This document shows positions 18,303 to 28,388 of a stretch of 64,000 nucleotides of DNA, one piece after another. The DNA is from an uncultured Gammaproteobacteria bacterium (lineage in GTDB: Bacteria > Patescibacteriota > Patescibacteriia > Magasanikbacterales > JBBTQS01). Location: NCBI GenBank assembly GCA_964627525.1, contig CAZVIA010000002.1, positions 59,262-123,261 on the forward strand, written 5' to 3'. The notes beneath the pieces were generated by a model. It worked only from the letters and a program-made list of their open reading frames with translations, ran no database searches and was not told where the DNA came from. The position numbers were made by a program, and so were the translations under genes. Every line of letters starts with the position of its first letter. Position 1 is the stretch's first letter.

Positions 18303-18621
18303 AATCTTTTAATGCATTTTGCCTAACAATAGTTGTTAAATGATCTTCCATTTTTTCCAATCTAACAAAAACCCTAAAAACCAAATAAAAAATCACAACA
18401 ATTGAAATATAAACAGCTGTATCAACCCCTCTTCCAATCCCAACTAAATCAGCTAATCTGTTTAATAATTCTGGCCACAAAGCAAAAATAATAACACAAG
18501 CCCAAATAATAACTCCCAACACTGCTAAAGCATATGATAATTCACGTTTTCTTACTCTTACAAAAATCCTAGACAAACCAAACAAGGAAAACAAAATAAA
18601 GAAAATTTTTATAATACTCAT
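18268..18621 (-). CDS. DUF2304-like small membrane protein (GT2-associated)
   Basis: Three TM helices with a charged tail; sits directly downstream of a GT2 gene as in typical DUF2304-GT2 pairs. Confidence 0.45.
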   Translation of the reverse strand: MSIIKIFFILFSLFGLSRIFVRVRKRELSYALAVLGVIIWACVIIFALWPELLNRLADLVGIGRGVDTAVYISIVVIFYLVFRVFVRLEKMEDHLTTIVRQNALKDFVDEKRKEQSK

Positions 18622-19295
18622 ACTAGAAATTTACGCAAAGCAATTTTTGTTAAAGTTTTTACACCCCCAACAAAACTCTGCCCCTTACTTAAAGAATACT
18701 CAGTATAAACCGGTTCAATAGAAATTTCACTTAAGCGCAAACCTAAACGCTGCGCCTCATTAATAAATTCAGATGAAACTTCCATGTGATTTGCTTTTAT
18801 ATTCATTTTTTGTGCTACATCAGAAGTAAAAGCTCTTAAACCAGACTGACTATCACTCACCCATTTTCCATAAAAAACCCAAGTCACAAAATTTCCAATC
18901 CAATTAAAAATTTTGCGATGAAACGGCATGGATTGATTTTGCAAAAATCTTGAACCAATCACCATGTCAGCTTCACCCAACTTAATCGGCTCGGTAATTT
19001 TTTTAATATCTTTTGCTTTATGTTGACCATCTGAATCAAAAGTTACAATAGCATCAGCACCTAGAGCAACACTCAAAATAATTCCACTTTTTAATGCAGC
19101 ACCTAATCCCCGATTAACTTTATGAGACAAAACATGTACTCCAAATTGTTTTGCAATTGTTTTTGTTTGATCACCACTCCCATCATTAACTAAAATAATT
19201 TGTTGTGGATGAATATTTTTGCAAACATCCTCAAGAACCAACGGCAAAACCGCAGCTTCATTATAAGCCGGCATTACAACAAAGATATTTTCCAT
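18618..19295 (-). CDS. Glycosyltransferase family 2 (polyprenyl-phosphate sugar synthase-like)
   Basis: VVMPAYNEAAVL...VNDGSGDQT (DxD region), 225 aa soluble GT2. Confidence 0.7.
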   Translation of the reverse strand: MENIFVVMPAYNEAAVLPLVLEDVCKNIHPQQIILVNDGSGDQTKTIAKQFGVHVLSHKVNRGLGAALKSGIILSVALGADAIVTFDSDGQHKAKDIKKITEPIKLGEADMVIGSRFLQNQSMPFHRKIFNWIGNFVTWVFYGKWVSDSQSGLRAFTSDVAQKMNIKANHMEVSSEFINEAQRLGLRLSEISIEPVYTEYSLSKGQSFVGGVKTLTKIALRKFLV

Positions 19296-19298
19296 AAG

Positions 19299-20312
19299 CT
19301 ACAACCCCAAAATCTGTTTATGTGCAATTGTAAAATCAACTGTTTTTGCAATTCCATCTTCCAAACGCACCAAAGGCAACCAACCCAACTGCTCTTTTGC
19401 TTTTCCAATTGAAGGCATACCTAGTGGGCTCATAAACGGCAAAGGCTGCTCATGTTTAATTTTTGAACCTGATTCAGTTTTCTTAATAATCATCTCAGCA
19501 ACTTCTGTAATCATGTGCGCTTCAGTACCACCAAAATTCACTGGCCCAAAACCTGCAGGCGCTCTCATCAACTTTGTTAAACCATCAATCAAATCACTCA
19601 CATACATTAAAGATGTTGAAAAACTTTCATCACCGTAAACTACCAACTCATTTCCATCAATAGCATCCACCACAAAATCTGGAATCATCTGACCGTCAAA
19701 TAATTTCATGCGCGGACCATATGTTCTAAAAATACGCGCAATCTTTGCGTCCAAACCATGAACTTGCTCATAAGTTGTCACACAAGTTTCAGCAAAACGC
19801 TTTCCCTCATCATAACAACCACGTGGAGACAAATGATTCATCGCACCCTGATCTTCTTCAACAAATTCAGAACCATCTTCTTTTCTTGGACCATATACCA
19901 CAGAGGAAGATCCATGCACAAATTTTGACTTATATTTTAAAGCAATTTCCAAAGCATTTATTACACCATGACTATTACTTCGCAAAGTATTCATTTTTAA
20001 TTCATCAAAATTCTTTGCACTTGTTGGGCATGCCATGTGATAAATTTCTTGTATACCTTGATATGGAACTTTAAATCTTGTTAAATCAGAAATACTTTCA
20101 AGATCAATTGGCTCATTTAAATCATGTTTAATAAATTCAAAATTTTCAAACTGCATTAAATGATCAATATTTTTTGCTGTAGAATTAGATAAGTCATCTA
20201 AGCAAATCACATTAGAATCTTTTAAAAGCTCTTCGCACAAATGTGAGCCAATAAAACCAGCTCCGCCTGTGACTAAAATATTTTTCTTTTCAAATATTGG
20301 TTTGTCTGCCAT
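19299..20312 (-). CDS. UDP-glucuronate decarboxylase / UDP-xylose synthase-like SDR
   Basis: [19 protein letters not shown] Rossmann motif and YDEGKRFAETCVTTY catalytic region typical of UXS/ArnA-C. Confidence 0.65.
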   Translation of the reverse strand: MADKPIFEKKNILVTGGAGFIGSHLCEELLKDSNVICLDDLSNSTAKNIDHLMQFENFEFIKHDLNEPIDLESISDLTRFKVPYQGIQEIYHMACPTSAKNFDELKMNTLRSNSHGVINALEIALKYKSKFVHGSSSVVYGPRKEDGSEFVEEDQGAMNHLSPRGCYDEGKRFAETCVTTYEQVHGLDAKIARIFRTYGPRMKLFDGQMIPDFVVDAIDGNELVVYGDESFSTSLMYVSDLIDGLTKLMRAPAGFGPVNFGGTEAHMITEVAEMIIKKTESGSKIKHEQPLPFMSPLGMPSIGKAKEQLGWLPLVRLEDGIAKTVDFTIAHKQILGL

Positions 20313-20384
20313 AAAAAATGGATTATTATTACGCTAATTATAGCTGAAAATTATAATTTTTAGCAAGTTTTTATTTAAAATTTA

Positions 20385-22379
20385 TTATTTAAAAGCTGCG
20401 ACCCTAACACCACTCTTAAAATTTTCATAAGCAATAAACTGCTTAATCAAACTACCTGTTGCTGAAAAGATCTTAACATAAGAAGTAGACTTCTTACCAG
20501 GTGCCACAACAACAGCACCTGAAATAGCTGAAACCCTGACTCCCCCACGATAACTTACTGGAAAAACCAAAAACTCATTACGTGTATCAGACAAATCAAA
20601 TGGCCGTGTATAAACATAAGGTTTATTACCAGCTGAACTTCCCATTACAATATTTGCCTGACCATCTTGATTAATATCTGCCATGGCTAAATAAGGTCGT
20701 TGAGAATTTACACCTTTTAAAAACCACTGCCTAGCAAAAGCCCCCAACTCAGACCAAGCTTCAATTCTTTGGTCTGTTCCAACACGATCTGTTGTAATAA
20801 TTCTTGGCATTGAATTTACTTGACCTGATGTCATCTGAATTCCAAATGGATGTTCTCTTTGCCCAGGCTGCACCTGCACCAATAACTTTCCAGTGTAATC
20901 AAAAGTTCTAATATATTCTGCTTCACCTAACAAAGGACTTGTAACTATATCTAATTTTCCATCATTGTTCACATCAACCAAACTTACACTTGTTCCTTTT
21001 GTATCAAACCTTCTCGCATCAAATGAATTTAACAAATCACCATCTTGCGTATAAATATTAACTTCTGGCGCACCACTCCAGCCTTTTCCAACAATTATTT
21101 CGGCCTTACCATCTCCATTAACATCTCCAGCTGCAACAGTTGCGCCTCCTGTAAAATTCCCCTCAAACGCATAAAAATCATTTTCTAAACCACCTTCATT
21201 ATTAAAAATTTTCACTTGAGGTCGTGCATTACTTTCTTGCACAGTTGCTATTTTAAAATCTAATTCTGATTCTGGCTCAGGTTCAGGCTTTGACTCTATT
21301 GCACTACTTACAATTAATTCCAATGTTTTTTCTATATTTAAACGCCCTGCACCCATTTCTGAAACCATACTTGGATTTGTATACACCAAACTATCTGCAC
21401 CTAAAACCAAGTATTCTAAAATTTGTTTTGGCGTTAAATCTGGCTCAAGTGATTTCATTAAAACAACTGCCCCACTCACCAAAGGAGCTGCAACCGAAGT
21501 ACCAGACCAATCACCACCATAATTATCTGTTAAACCTAAATCTAAAGAACGATATAAAGTGCTTGGCAAAAATTGTCCTGGCGCACTTATATCCACACAA
21601 CCTCTTCCATAATTTGAAAAACTACCTAACACATCATCTTCATCAACCGCAGCAACACCAATCACAAAGTTTTTATTATTAATTTCATCAACAAAACAAG
21701 CTGGATAATGTGGATCTACTCTTAAATCATATGCTTCCTCATCTTCAGGGGCATTACCAACAGCCGCAACAACTGTTACACCTGCATCATATGCGCGTAA
21801 CAAAGCTCTTTTAAATTCCTGAACACCAGTTGTTCCAACCAAACTCATATTAATAATATCTGCCCCATTAACAATCGCATAATCAATTGCTTTTATAGCC
21901 ATCGCAGTATCACCAGATCCAGCACTATCTAAAATCTTCAAAGGCATTATTTTTACTTTCCAACTTACACCTGCCCCTGCAACACCATTATTTCCAACAG
22001 CACCAATCAAACCTGAAACAACTGTGCCATGTTGCAACCCTAAATCAGTATAATTTACTTTGTCTGGAGCTGGAATTGGATCTTCATCAACAAAATCCCA
22101 CCCATAATAATCATCAACATACCCATTATTATCATTATCCTTACCATCAACTGGATCATTTTCATTTATCCACAAATTTGCTACTAAATCTGGGTGATCT
22201 AAATCAACACCAGTGTCTAAAACAGCCACAATAATATTTTTACTACCAGTTGTGATATCCCAAGCTTGCTCTAAAGCAATATTTCCCCAAGATTTTAAAC
22301 GCTCATAATAAGGATCATCTGGCTGTTTTGCTTGAGTGTTTTGAGCCCACAAAATAAAGACCATAGCAAAAAACAGCAT
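20385..22379 (-). CDS. Secreted subtilisin-family (S8) serine peptidase with C-terminal FG-GAP/VCBS-like repeats
   Basis: Signal peptide; catalytic triad contexts AVLDTGVD, HGTVVSG, GTSVAAPLVSG; C-terminal repeats GDVNGDGKAEIIVG / VDVNNDGKLDIV. Confidence 0.75.
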   Translation of the reverse strand: MLFFAMVFILWAQNTQAKQPDDPYYERLKSWGNIALEQAWDITTGSKNIIVAVLDTGVDLDHPDLVANLWINENDPVDGKDNDNNGYVDDYYGWDFVDEDPIPAPDKVNYTDLGLQHGTVVSGLIGAVGNNGVAGAGVSWKVKIMPLKILDSAGSGDTAMAIKAIDYAIVNGADIINMSLVGTTGVQEFKRALLRAYDAGVTVVAAVGNAPEDEEAYDLRVDPHYPACFVDEINNKNFVIGVAAVDEDDVLGSFSNYGRGCVDISAPGQFLPSTLYRSLDLGLTDNYGGDWSGTSVAAPLVSGAVVLMKSLEPDLTPKQILEYLVLGADSLVYTNPSMVSEMGAGRLNIEKTLELIVSSAIESKPEPEPESELDFKIATVQESNARPQVKIFNNEGGLENDFYAFEGNFTGGATVAAGDVNGDGKAEIIVGKGWSGAPEVNIYTQDGDLLNSFDARRFDTKGTSVSLVDVNNDGKLDIVTSPLLGEAEYIRTFDYTGKLLVQVQPGQREHPFGIQMTSGQVNSMPRIITTDRVGTDQRIEAWSELGAFARQWFLKGVNSQRPYLAMADINQDGQANIVMGSSAGNKPYVYTRPFDLSDTRNEFLVFPVSYRGGVRVSAISGAVVVAPGKKSTSYVKIFSATGSLIKQFIAYENFKSGVRVAAFK

Positions 22380-22478
22380 CGCGCAAATGCTGACTCTGTG
22401 AATACCCTTGATTTTTTTGCTAAATTCTGCTATAGTGCTCCTAGTTATTTTTGGTATAGTATATTAATAGTATAGTAC

Positions 22479-23870
22479 ATGAAGAACCCAACTACAAATA
22501 TTAAAAAACTATTACTGCTTGCAGGAGATGTATTTATCTTGTTTGCGGCTTTGGGAATTACTTTGCGCCTAAGATATGGTGCTGATTTATTTTTTTCTCA
22601 ATGGCAAATTCACTTATTGCCATTTATTTTGGTTTTTGCTCTGTGGATTGTAATTTTATATATTAGTGAACTTTACGACATTCAAAAAGCCAAAAACAAC
22701 GTACATTTTTATCGTCAATTTTTTTATGCTTTGATAATTTCTGGAGCAATTGCAATTGGTTTTTTCTATGTAATTCCGTTTTTTAGAATTGCACCTAAAA
22801 CTAATCTAGTGATTGTCTTGGGGTTATTTGCAGTATTATTTACAATTTGGCGAATGAGTTTTAATCATTTTATTGCACCGCGCTTGTTGCGTCGTCGTTT
22901 GTTATTTGTTGGTCGCACAAATGAAGTTGATGAATTAGTAAAAATTTTTCAAAACGATTCACAATTAGGGTATTTGCCAGTTGCTATTGTTGATTTATCT
23001 GAAAATAAAAAACCTAATTTGTCAGAAGTTGAAACTTATTCTTCTTTGCAACATATTCGAGCAATTGTTACTGCACATGAAATTGATATGGTTGTATTGA
23101 GTATAGATATTCATGAGCAACACGAGTTAACACAAGAATTATATGAGTTGATTTTCTGGAATTTGGATATTACGAATTTTGGAACTTTGTATGAACACAT
23201 CACTGGTCGTGTTCCTTTATCTGCCTTGTCTGAATCTTGGTTTTTGGAAAACTTACGACCTGGACATGTGCGTTTGTATGACATGTTTAGAATGAGTTTT
23301 GACTCAATTATTGCCATTGTGATTTTAGTTATAACCGGAGTGTTGTTACCATTACTTGCTTTGTTAATTAAAAGCACTAGTCCTGGGCCTTTATTTATTA
23401 AACAAAAAAGAATTGGGAAAAATTCTAAAACTTTTACGATTTATAAATTCCGCACAATGCATGCTCTTGGGAAAGACGGGTCTGCAGAAATTAATGGTGC
23501 TGAATTTGCTAAAACAAAAGATAATCGTGTAACAAAAATTGGAAAGTTTTTGCGCAAAACTCGTATTGATGAATTTCCACAAGCTTTAAATATTTTGAAA
23601 AGTGAAATGAGTTTGATTGGTCCACGCCCAGAACGCCCTGAGTTTGTGAAAAAAATTGAGCAAGATATGCCATTTTATACTGTGCGTCATATTGTTAGAC
23701 CTGGAATTACTGGTTGGGCACAAATCAATTATCCTTATGCAAAATCTTTAGAGGAATTATTAGTTAAATTACAGTACGATTTGTATTACATAAAAAACCG
23801 CTCCATCATGATTGATGCAGCGATCTTTTTGAAAACTATAAATATTTTGTTTAGAAGGAAGGGTTTGTAA
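22479..23870 (+). CDS. Polyprenyl-phosphate hexose-1-phosphate transferase (WbaP/bacterial sugar transferase family)
   Basis: N-terminal TM domain and conserved C-terminal PGITGWAQINYPY...DLYYIKNRS region. Confidence 0.75.
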   Translation: MKNPTTNIKKLLLLAGDVFILFAALGITLRLRYGADLFFSQWQIHLLPFILVFALWIVILYISELYDIQKAKNNVHFYRQFFYALIISGAIAIGFFYVIPFFRIAPKTNLVIVLGLFAVLFTIWRMSFNHFIAPRLLRRRLLFVGRTNEVDELVKIFQNDSQLGYLPVAIVDLSENKKPNLSEVETYSSLQHIRAIVTAHEIDMVVLSIDIHEQHELTQELYELIFWNLDITNFGTLYEHITGRVPLSALSESWFLENLRPGHVRLYDMFRMSFDSIIAIVILVITGVLLPLLALLIKSTSPGPLFIKQKRIGKNSKTFTIYKFRTMHALGKDGSAEINGAEFAKTKDNRVTKIGKFLRKTRIDEFPQALNILKSEMSLIGPRPERPEFVKKIEQDMPFYTVRHIVRPGITGWAQINYPYAKSLEELLVKLQYDLYYIKNRSIMIDAAIFLKTINILFRRKGL

Positions 23871-23880
23871 TTTTAGTTTT

Positions 23881-23914
23881 ATAAGCCAAAAGGCCAATTG
23901 GCCTTTTGGCTTAT
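23881..23914. terminator. Bidirectional intrinsic terminator (15-bp perfect hairpin)
   Basis: ATAAGCCAAAAGGCC-aatt-GGCCTTTTGGCTTAT flanked by T-tract and A-tract, between convergent genes. Confidence 0.7.
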
Positions 23915-23920
23915 AAAATT

Positions 23921-24679
23921 CTATTCTACAGTTGAAGTAACCACATCAAAAGGTGTGGTTGTTGTTATTTCATCCCACTCACCTGTTTCTTTTAAATGAA
24001 CTAACAGTCTCTCATACTCTTCTTGAGCTGCATGATTATAAGGCTCCATTGCATAAATTTTTGCCCAATCTAACATAGCCTCTTTGTGCATTCCAATTTC
24101 TTCATAATAAACAGCACGTTCTTTCAAAATCGTCTCTGCTCCAAAAACAATTCTTTCCAAAGCTCTTGCATACAAACTCAAAACCTCTTCAGGACTTTTT
24201 TCCATTCTATATCTATATAAAATTCCTAACTTTTGATACAAACCTGCATTACCTTGCGAAACTTTTATCGCACGCTCATAATATTTTTCAGATTTTTTAT
24301 ATTTACCTAATGCTTTGTACATATCTGCAGCACCTTGCAACAACATCGCATTATCCTGACCATAATAATCCAAAGCACTTTCATAATGATCTACTGCACG
24401 TTGATACCCATATTTTAAACCAAAACCATCACCAATACTTTTCCAATAACGAGCTGATTCAGTAAAATCAAGTGGCTCTTCTGGATCAGCCAACTTTGCC
24501 TCCCATTTTCCTGCTTGTTCAATTAAACCACTAACCTGATCTTGTGTTACTTGCTCAAGTTGTGATATTTTTTTATAAAAACTTTTCTCTTGATAAGAAT
24601 CTGAATAAAAATATCCAGCACAAGCCAAAATAATAATTATTAAAATCCCGAATACTGTAGATGTTGTTTTTTTGTTCAT
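23921..24679 (-). CDS. TPR-repeat protein with N-terminal TM anchor
   Basis: Single N-terminal TM then repeated AxxYYxxAL / YxxLGxxY TPR-like units. Confidence 0.55.
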   Translation of the reverse strand: MNKKTTSTVFGILIIIILACAGYFYSDSYQEKSFYKKISQLEQVTQDQVSGLIEQAGKWEAKLADPEEPLDFTESARYWKSIGDGFGLKYGYQRAVDHYESALDYYGQDNAMLLQGAADMYKALGKYKKSEKYYERAIKVSQGNAGLYQKLGILYRYRMEKSPEEVLSLYARALERIVFGAETILKERAVYYEEIGMHKEAMLDWAKIYAMEPYNHAAQEEYERLLVHLKETGEWDEITTTTPFDVVTSTVE

Positions 24680-24712
24680 AAAATTTATTGAACTATTTAT
24701 ATACTAAATAAA

Positions 24713-25618
24713 TTATTCTACGCCGTAATATTTTTTAACTTTTTCAACACCTTCTTCCAAATTAACTTCTGGTATCCAACCTAATAATTCTCTTGCCAAA
24801 GTATTATCTGCTTGAGCATCACGAGGTTCTAAACGTGCTTCTATATTTTTTGTTTCACCACCAAATAATTCTGCAACATAATTTACAGATTTATTATTTC
24901 CATTTCCAATATTAATTACTTCACCCTTTCCAACTTTTTGACTTTCCATTGCTAAAATATTTGCACGAACAACATCTCCAATAAAAGTATAATCACGAGT
25001 TTGTTCTCCATCTCCAGTAATTGTAAGTGGCTCTCCAGCTTTTTTCTGTCTCACAAAAATAGACATAACAGAAACATAAGTTCCAATTTCAGACATTCCT
25101 GGACCATAAACATTAAAATATCTCAAACTAACTGTTTCCATTCCATATGCCAAAGCAAAAACTCTTGTATAATGTTCACCAACATATTTTTGAATACCAT
25201 ATGGACTCATTGGCATTGTTAACATTTTTTCATTTAAAGGCATTGGATTTTCATCACCATAAGCTGAACAAGAAGCTGAATAAACCATTCTCTTAACTTT
25301 TGCATCACGCCCTGCCACCAAAACATTTAAAGTTGCTGTTAAATTATCTGCATGAGTACCAATTGGATCTTCAATTGATTTCATTACACGAGGCACTGCT
25401 GCAAAATGAAAAATACCATCAACTCCTTCAAACAAAGGTTTGATTGTTTCTAAATCTTTTAAATCTACTTCATGAAAAACTGCACCTTCTGCAATGTTTT
25501 CTTTTTTTCCTGTGCTTAAATTATCAAGCACCAAAACCTCATGACCTTTTTCTAACAATGCTTTTGATACATGTGCGCCAATAAAACCCGCACCACCAGT
25601 TACAATATATTTTGCCAT
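24713..25618 (-). CDS. NAD-dependent nucleotide-sugar epimerase/dehydratase (SDR)
   Basis: [12 protein letters not shown] Rossmann motif and YxxxK region; 301 aa. Confidence 0.7.
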   Translation of the reverse strand: MAKYIVTGGAGFIGAHVSKALLEKGHEVLVLDNLSTGKKENIAEGAVFHEVDLKDLETIKPLFEGVDGIFHFAAVPRVMKSIEDPIGTHADNLTATLNVLVAGRDAKVKRMVYSASCSAYGDENPMPLNEKMLTMPMSPYGIQKYVGEHYTRVFALAYGMETVSLRYFNVYGPGMSEIGTYVSVMSIFVRQKKAGEPLTITGDGEQTRDYTFIGDVVRANILAMESQKVGKGEVINIGNGNNKSVNYVAELFGGETKNIEARLEPRDAQADNTLARELLGWIPEVNLEEGVEKVKKYYGVE

Positions 25619-25642
25619 AAAAAAATTATTTAACTTTTAATA

Positions 25643-27019
25643 TTATTTTGCTTTTAGCAAAGGAGAACCCACAGCAATAATTGTAAAACCTTGTTCTTGT
25701 AAGTCTGTATAATCATTGTGCAACATTCTTCGACCATCTGCAATACAATATGGTTTTTCAGCGTGCTGTTTTAAGATTGGAGCTAACATTCTGAAACGCT
25801 GCCAATCTGTCACAATAATTGCCAAATCTGTATCTTTTAAAGCTTCTTCTTCTGTATCCACTTCAACCACATCTAACTTGTCTGGCTTATCTTGATCTTC
25901 TAATTTTGCTTTTGGATCAAAAACTCGCGCCTGCTTAACACCTTTTTCTGCCAACCATTTAAGTATTGATGGACCAGCAGAATTTCTAACATCATTTGTA
26001 TCTTGCTTAAATGCCATTCCAAAAATCGCAACTTTAGCATTTTCTAAAACAACACCTGAATCTTTTTCAATTCTTTGCAAAAAGTTTTCTAACTGAAAAT
26101 GATTTTCTTTAATTAAATCTTCTAATAATTTTGTTGGTTGATTTTTTTCATTCATTTGAAAAGCCAAAGACTTTACATCTTTTTCTAAACAACTTCCACC
26201 TGCAAATAAACTGTCGTAAAATCCCCACTCACCAAAACGCCCATCTGATCGCACAACTTTTCTTAAATTTTCAAAATCAACACCATCAAAAGTTTCTGTA
26301 AGACGACCAATTACTCCATAAGTAGACATCAAACGATCAAACAACAAAAAATTAGAAATTAACTTTCCTGCTGCAGCTTCTTTTGGACTTACTTCAATAT
26401 AAGGAGTTGTTGATTCAAAAAACCTATTATAAATTTTTCGCATTACTGCAAAATCTTTTTCATCTGTCGCACCTACAACTATTCTTGTTGGATGTGTATT
26501 TCCTTGCACAGCTTTTCCTTCAACTAAAAATTCCGGATTAGATGCTACACCAAAATTTTTCACACCAGCATTTTCCAAAGCTTCTTTTGCATAATTAGCA
26601 GTTTCAATTGGCACAGTGCTTTTATTTACCAAAACAATATACTTTGATTGCTCATTAGAATTTCTTTGTTTCATTGCTCCAGACAATTGTTCAAGCGCTA
26701 CATTATAATATTCCATATTACTTGAACCATCACCTCGTTGCGGAGTTGCCACACAAATAAAAATTGCATCAACTGTGTCTAGTTGTTTTTTTACATCATC
26801 ATAATCGTGACTAAATGTAATATGATCCTTATTATTGATCAACATATTAGCCAAACCTTCTTCAAATAAGCAAGATTCAATTTTTTCTTTGTTATTTGAC
26901 CCTAAATTTTTTGTGCGATCTTCATTAATATCAAAAACCAAAACCTCATGCCCTGAATCAGCCATTGCTGCTGCTGTTGTTGCACCCACAAACCCAGCGC
27001 CAATAAAAATTATTTTCAT
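25643..27019 (-). CDS. UDP-glucose/GDP-mannose dehydrogenase family protein
   Basis: MKIIFIGAGFVGATTAAAMA NAD-binding N-terminus with a central catalytic Cys region (GGSCLEKD). Confidence 0.75.
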   Translation of the reverse strand: MKIIFIGAGFVGATTAAAMADSGHEVLVFDINEDRTKNLGSNNKEKIESCLFEEGLANMLINNKDHITFSHDYDDVKKQLDTVDAIFICVATPQRGDGSSNMEYYNVALEQLSGAMKQRNSNEQSKYIVLVNKSTVPIETANYAKEALENAGVKNFGVASNPEFLVEGKAVQGNTHPTRIVVGATDEKDFAVMRKIYNRFFESTTPYIEVSPKEAAAGKLISNFLLFDRLMSTYGVIGRLTETFDGVDFENLRKVVRSDGRFGEWGFYDSLFAGGSCLEKDVKSLAFQMNEKNQPTKLLEDLIKENHFQLENFLQRIEKDSGVVLENAKVAIFGMAFKQDTNDVRNSAGPSILKWLAEKGVKQARVFDPKAKLEDQDKPDKLDVVEVDTEEEALKDTDLAIIVTDWQRFRMLAPILKQHAEKPYCIADGRRMLHNDYTDLQEQGFTIIAVGSPLLKAK

Positions 27020-27084
27020 AAATTATGCTAAATTATCATGCCTAATTGTAACATATGCATGAAAAAAATCAAGTTATTGTGGAG

Positions 27085-27939
27085 TTATAGACCTAAAGCA
27101 ATTTCCAACATTTTTATAGCTTGCTTACTGTGACCCTGTCCTTCAAAAGCCACAGCAGCTCTTAATTTTGAGTTTGCAAAAACAATTGCTTCTCTAAGTT
27201 GTACACGCTCTTTTGTTTTTAAATATGAATCAATGCAATTTTGTGGATTTGCTGGGTCGCGCAAACATGCTTCTTTAGAATATTTATTTGCATCCTTAAA
27301 AAACAAACTCAATGCCACAAGCAATGAATCAAACTGTTTTTCAAACAAAACCGTAAGCAGTAGAGTTTCAAGATGAAATGATTTTATTCGCACATTACAA
27401 TTTCTTCGCCAAGCTTTTAAAATTTTTAAAGTTGGAATTATCAAATTATTTTGTGCACCATTAATTTCTTGTAATAAATGATTATGAATTGTTGGATTAG
27501 ATAAAATCCACTTTTGTTGTTTTTTAGGAAAATATTCTGGAATCATATACATTCCATCATCTGTAAAAAACGCTGGAATTATATCTGCTGTAAATCCATC
27601 ATCCAACTCAATTCCAATTGAATGTGCTTTTAACTCAGTTTTTACTTCTTGTGAAAAAATTTCACACACCAAACTTAGTAATTTTTTTGGTGAAATATCT
27701 AAATAAAAACTTTTGTCCAGCACCACAAAAAAATCCAAATCTTTTGGCGGCCTAATAATCGTATTCCTTATACAAGACCCTGTCACAAAACCATTTGTGC
27801 TTGATTTTTGTGTTGTGCAATAAAGTGACTGGCACAATTTTTTTATTTTTTCTTTGTGATAGTCTAGTTTTCTTTTTTCTTGATTTGTAAGTTCTAGTTT
27901 TTGTGTTAAATAGATTTTCAAAAATCTTTCTGCTGTCAT
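27085..27939 (-). CDS. cGAS/DncV-like (CD-NTase / SMODS-like) nucleotidyltransferase, standalone
   Basis: Pol-beta NTase signature GSCIRNTIIRPPKDLDFFV (GS-x9-12-DhD). Third acidic residue in an OAS/cGAS-like h-D-h-h-P-A-F context (TADIIPAFF). C-terminal helical region LKILKAWRRNCN...KSFHLETLLL resembles the OAS/cGAS hK.W...S..LE.L segment. The LicD NTase-fold alternative fits less well. Confidence 0.5.
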   Translation of the reverse strand: MTAERFLKIYLTQKLELTNQEKRKLDYHKEKIKKLCQSLYCTTQKSSTNGFVTGSCIRNTIIRPPKDLDFFVVLDKSFYLDISPKKLLSLVCEIFSQEVKTELKAHSIGIELDDGFTADIIPAFFTDDGMYMIPEYFPKKQQKWILSNPTIHNHLLQEINGAQNNLIIPTLKILKAWRRNCNVRIKSFHLETLLLTVLFEKQFDSLLVALSLFFKDANKYSKEACLRDPANPQNCIDSYLKTKERVQLREAIVFANSKLRAAVAFEGQGHSKQAIKMLEIALGL

Positions 27940-28168
27940 ATCTTTTGCTTTATCTTAATTATGTTTTTTAAACATTTCCCCGAACATTAGATAACCTTAG
28001 CTCTAAAAAACAAAAAATGTCAAGTGCTTTGTAGACATTTTTCTGCAAATTTATTGGGGTTTTTGGGATTTCTTTGAAATTTCTTAAAAAATAGTCAATT
28101 TTTAACCGACACCTTGCATAAAAATAAAAAACCTGCTAAACTTTTTTTGAAATTCAAGGAGGTGTGCG

Positions 28169-28288
28169 ATGTGCACCGCGTTCTGGCTTTGTGCGGGATA
28201 CCTGATGTTCTTCGATGAGAAGCCTCCCAAGGTGGAGGGAGAGCTTCCAATCGACGGGCAGAAGAACATCCCTGATGATGATCAGTGA
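28169..28288 (+). CDS. Putative 39-aa microprotein (hydrophobic N-terminus, acidic tail) in a GC-rich cassette
   Basis: AAGGAGG, 6-nt spacer, ATG; MCTAFWLCAGYLMFFDEKPPKVEGELPIDGQKNIPDDDQ; strong terminator 30 nt downstream. Not in the six-frame track because it is under 60 aa. Could alternatively be a non-coding RNA. Confidence 0.35.
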   Translation: MCTAFWLCAGYLMFFDEKPPKVEGELPIDGQKNIPDDDQ

Positions 28289-28317
28289 TTGCCTGACTAG
28301 GCAAGCTCTGACCCTCG

Positions 28318-28358
28318 CCCCTGTAGACGTTAACGCGCCTGCAGGGGATCTTTTTTTT
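28318..28358 (+). terminator. Intrinsic terminator (CCCCTG...CAGGGG + T8)
   Basis: GC-rich hairpin followed by eight T. Confidence 0.65.
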
Positions 28359-28359
28359 G

Positions 28360-28388
28360 AGGCAAAATTTGCAAAGCAAATTTTGCCT
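28360..28388. repeat. Palindromic element copy 3 (AGGCAAAATTTGC-aaa-GCAAATTTTGCCT)
   Basis: Perfect 13-bp arms, immediately adjacent to a canonical terminator. Confidence 0.6.

Noticed and set aside
27085-27939. LicD-family phosphocholine/phospho-alcohol transferase as the identity of the NTase-fold protein
   Set aside because: LicD would fit the polysaccharide context. But the motifs GS-x-x-R-x-T-x-I...DLD, DIIPAF and the K.W helix match cGAS/OAS/CD-NTase conventions better than the LicD GxxRHxGFIPWDDDxD pattern. Kept as an alternative, not excluded.
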